Program-made: the position numbers and the translations under genes
Origin: a virus
Lineage: Duplodnaviria > Caudoviricetes
Length of the DNA: 32,448 nucleotides
Virus record (IMG/VR): IMGVR_UViG_3300046779_000163
Span: 1-32,448 of that record
Direction: 5' to 3' (one strand)
Part shown: one piece after another, positions 31,869-32,448 of the stretch
How positions within the stretch are numbered: position 1 is the first letter of the stretch
Layout of the letters: each line of letters opens with the position of its first letter
Notes under the pieces: generated by a model
The model's database searches: none
What the model was told of the DNA's origin: nothing
Seen by the model: only the letters and a program-made list of their open reading frames with translations

Positions 31869-32216
31869 ATGGCAAACGAACAAAACTTAATACCAGCTAA
31901 GAAAGGCGAAGTAAGAAATCCCAACGGAAAGCCTAAAGGAGTGCAAAATAGCAAGACAAGACTTTTGCGTTTACTTGAATTAGTAACAAAGGTTAGAAAC
32001 CCAGTTACTGGCGAAGAAGAAGAATTTAGCATAGCAGAACAATTGGATATGCAGATTATAGCTAAGGCAAGAAAGGGAGACCTTAAAGCCTATGAGATAA
32101 TCTTAGACCGATTAGAAGGTAAGCCTAAGCAATCAACAGAGGTAGAGGTAAGCGGTGGAATGAGTATTACTTGGGAAGAGAAAAAAACTTATGTAGGAAA
32201 TACTGGTAGCCTATAA
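31869..32216 (+). CDS. terS: Terminase small subunit
   Basis: NLIPAKKGEVRNPNGKPKG, KARKGDLKAY..ILDRLEGKPKQ; TAATG-coupled to terL. Confidence 0.8.
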   Translation: MANEQNLIPAKKGEVRNPNGKPKGVQNSKTRLLRLLELVTKVRNPVTGEEEEFSIAEQLDMQIIAKARKGDLKAYEIILDRLEGKPKQSTEVEVSGGMSITWEEKKTYVGNTGSL

Positions 32217-32448
32217 TGGAACTTTCTATAAAACAAACCATAGCTTTAGATTTACTTGAAGATAAGACCACAAACGAAATCTTATTTGGTGGTGGTGCTG
32301 GTGGTGGCAAGACTGCATTAGGTTGTTATTGGCAGTTAAAGCAAAGGTTGAAATATCCAAATACAAGAGGCTTGATAGGTCGTGCAGTCCTAAAGACACT
32401 TAAAGAAACTACATTGGTTTCGTTCTTTCAAGTAGCTAAGTTACAAGG
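32216..32448 (+). CDS. terL: Terminase large subunit, 5' part (continues at the window start)
   Basis: MELSIKQTIALDLLEDKTTNEILFGGGAGGGKTALG includes the Walker A motif. Confidence 0.93.
   Translation, partial: MELSIKQTIALDLLEDKTTNEILFGGGAGGGKTALGCYWQLKQRLKYPNTRGLIGRAVLKTLKETTLVSFFQVAKLQ
32322..32448. repeat. Terminal direct repeat, copy 2
   Basis: Identical to 1-127. Confidence 0.95.

Noticed and set aside
962-32032. Other minus-strand ORFs in the track (for example 3255-3854, 7500-7805, 9756-10031, 17071-17364, 21934-22281, 31742-32032)
   Set aside because: They are shadows of well-supported + strand genes and show no recognisable motifs.
1-32448. Stop-codon reassignment
   Set aside because: Genes are intact and densely packed under the standard code, and TAA, TAG and TGA all end genes.

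Overview
This window is an apparently complete, circularly permuted tailed-phage genome (siphovirus type, HK97-fold capsid). Bases 1-127 are identical to 32322-32448, so the unit length is about 32,321 bp, and the terminase large subunit is split across the ends. All credible genes lie on the + strand. The order is: terL, portal, MuF, protease, major capsid, head-tail and tail genes, tape measure, two S74-chaperone tail fibres, lysis module, a phosphoesterase/MazG-like/HExxH block, a regulatory gap, small early genes, recombination and replication genes, a gene-cassette-like array, NinG, ParB-methyltransferase, terS. TAnnTTTG promoter boxes in front of operons and A-rich starts without Shine-Dalgarno sequences point to a Bacteroidota host (inference). 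I recognised no integrase, repressor, tRNA or CRISPR array. The most striking unexplained feature is at 23010-23151: two tandem promoter-short RNA-terminator units. Their single-stranded parts are complementary to the translation-start regions of many of the phage's own early and accessory genes, including the AACTATGA motif embedded in the repeats that join the cassette-like genes. Other notable items are a pseudoknot or kissing-loop leader before the replication initiator, a non-canonical (+1/-2) tail-chaperone frame change on an A10 run, putative leaderless transcripts, a cysteine-free spanin candidate, and regional GATC and CCWGG avoidance. All protein calls rest on motifs and gene order; no database search was run.
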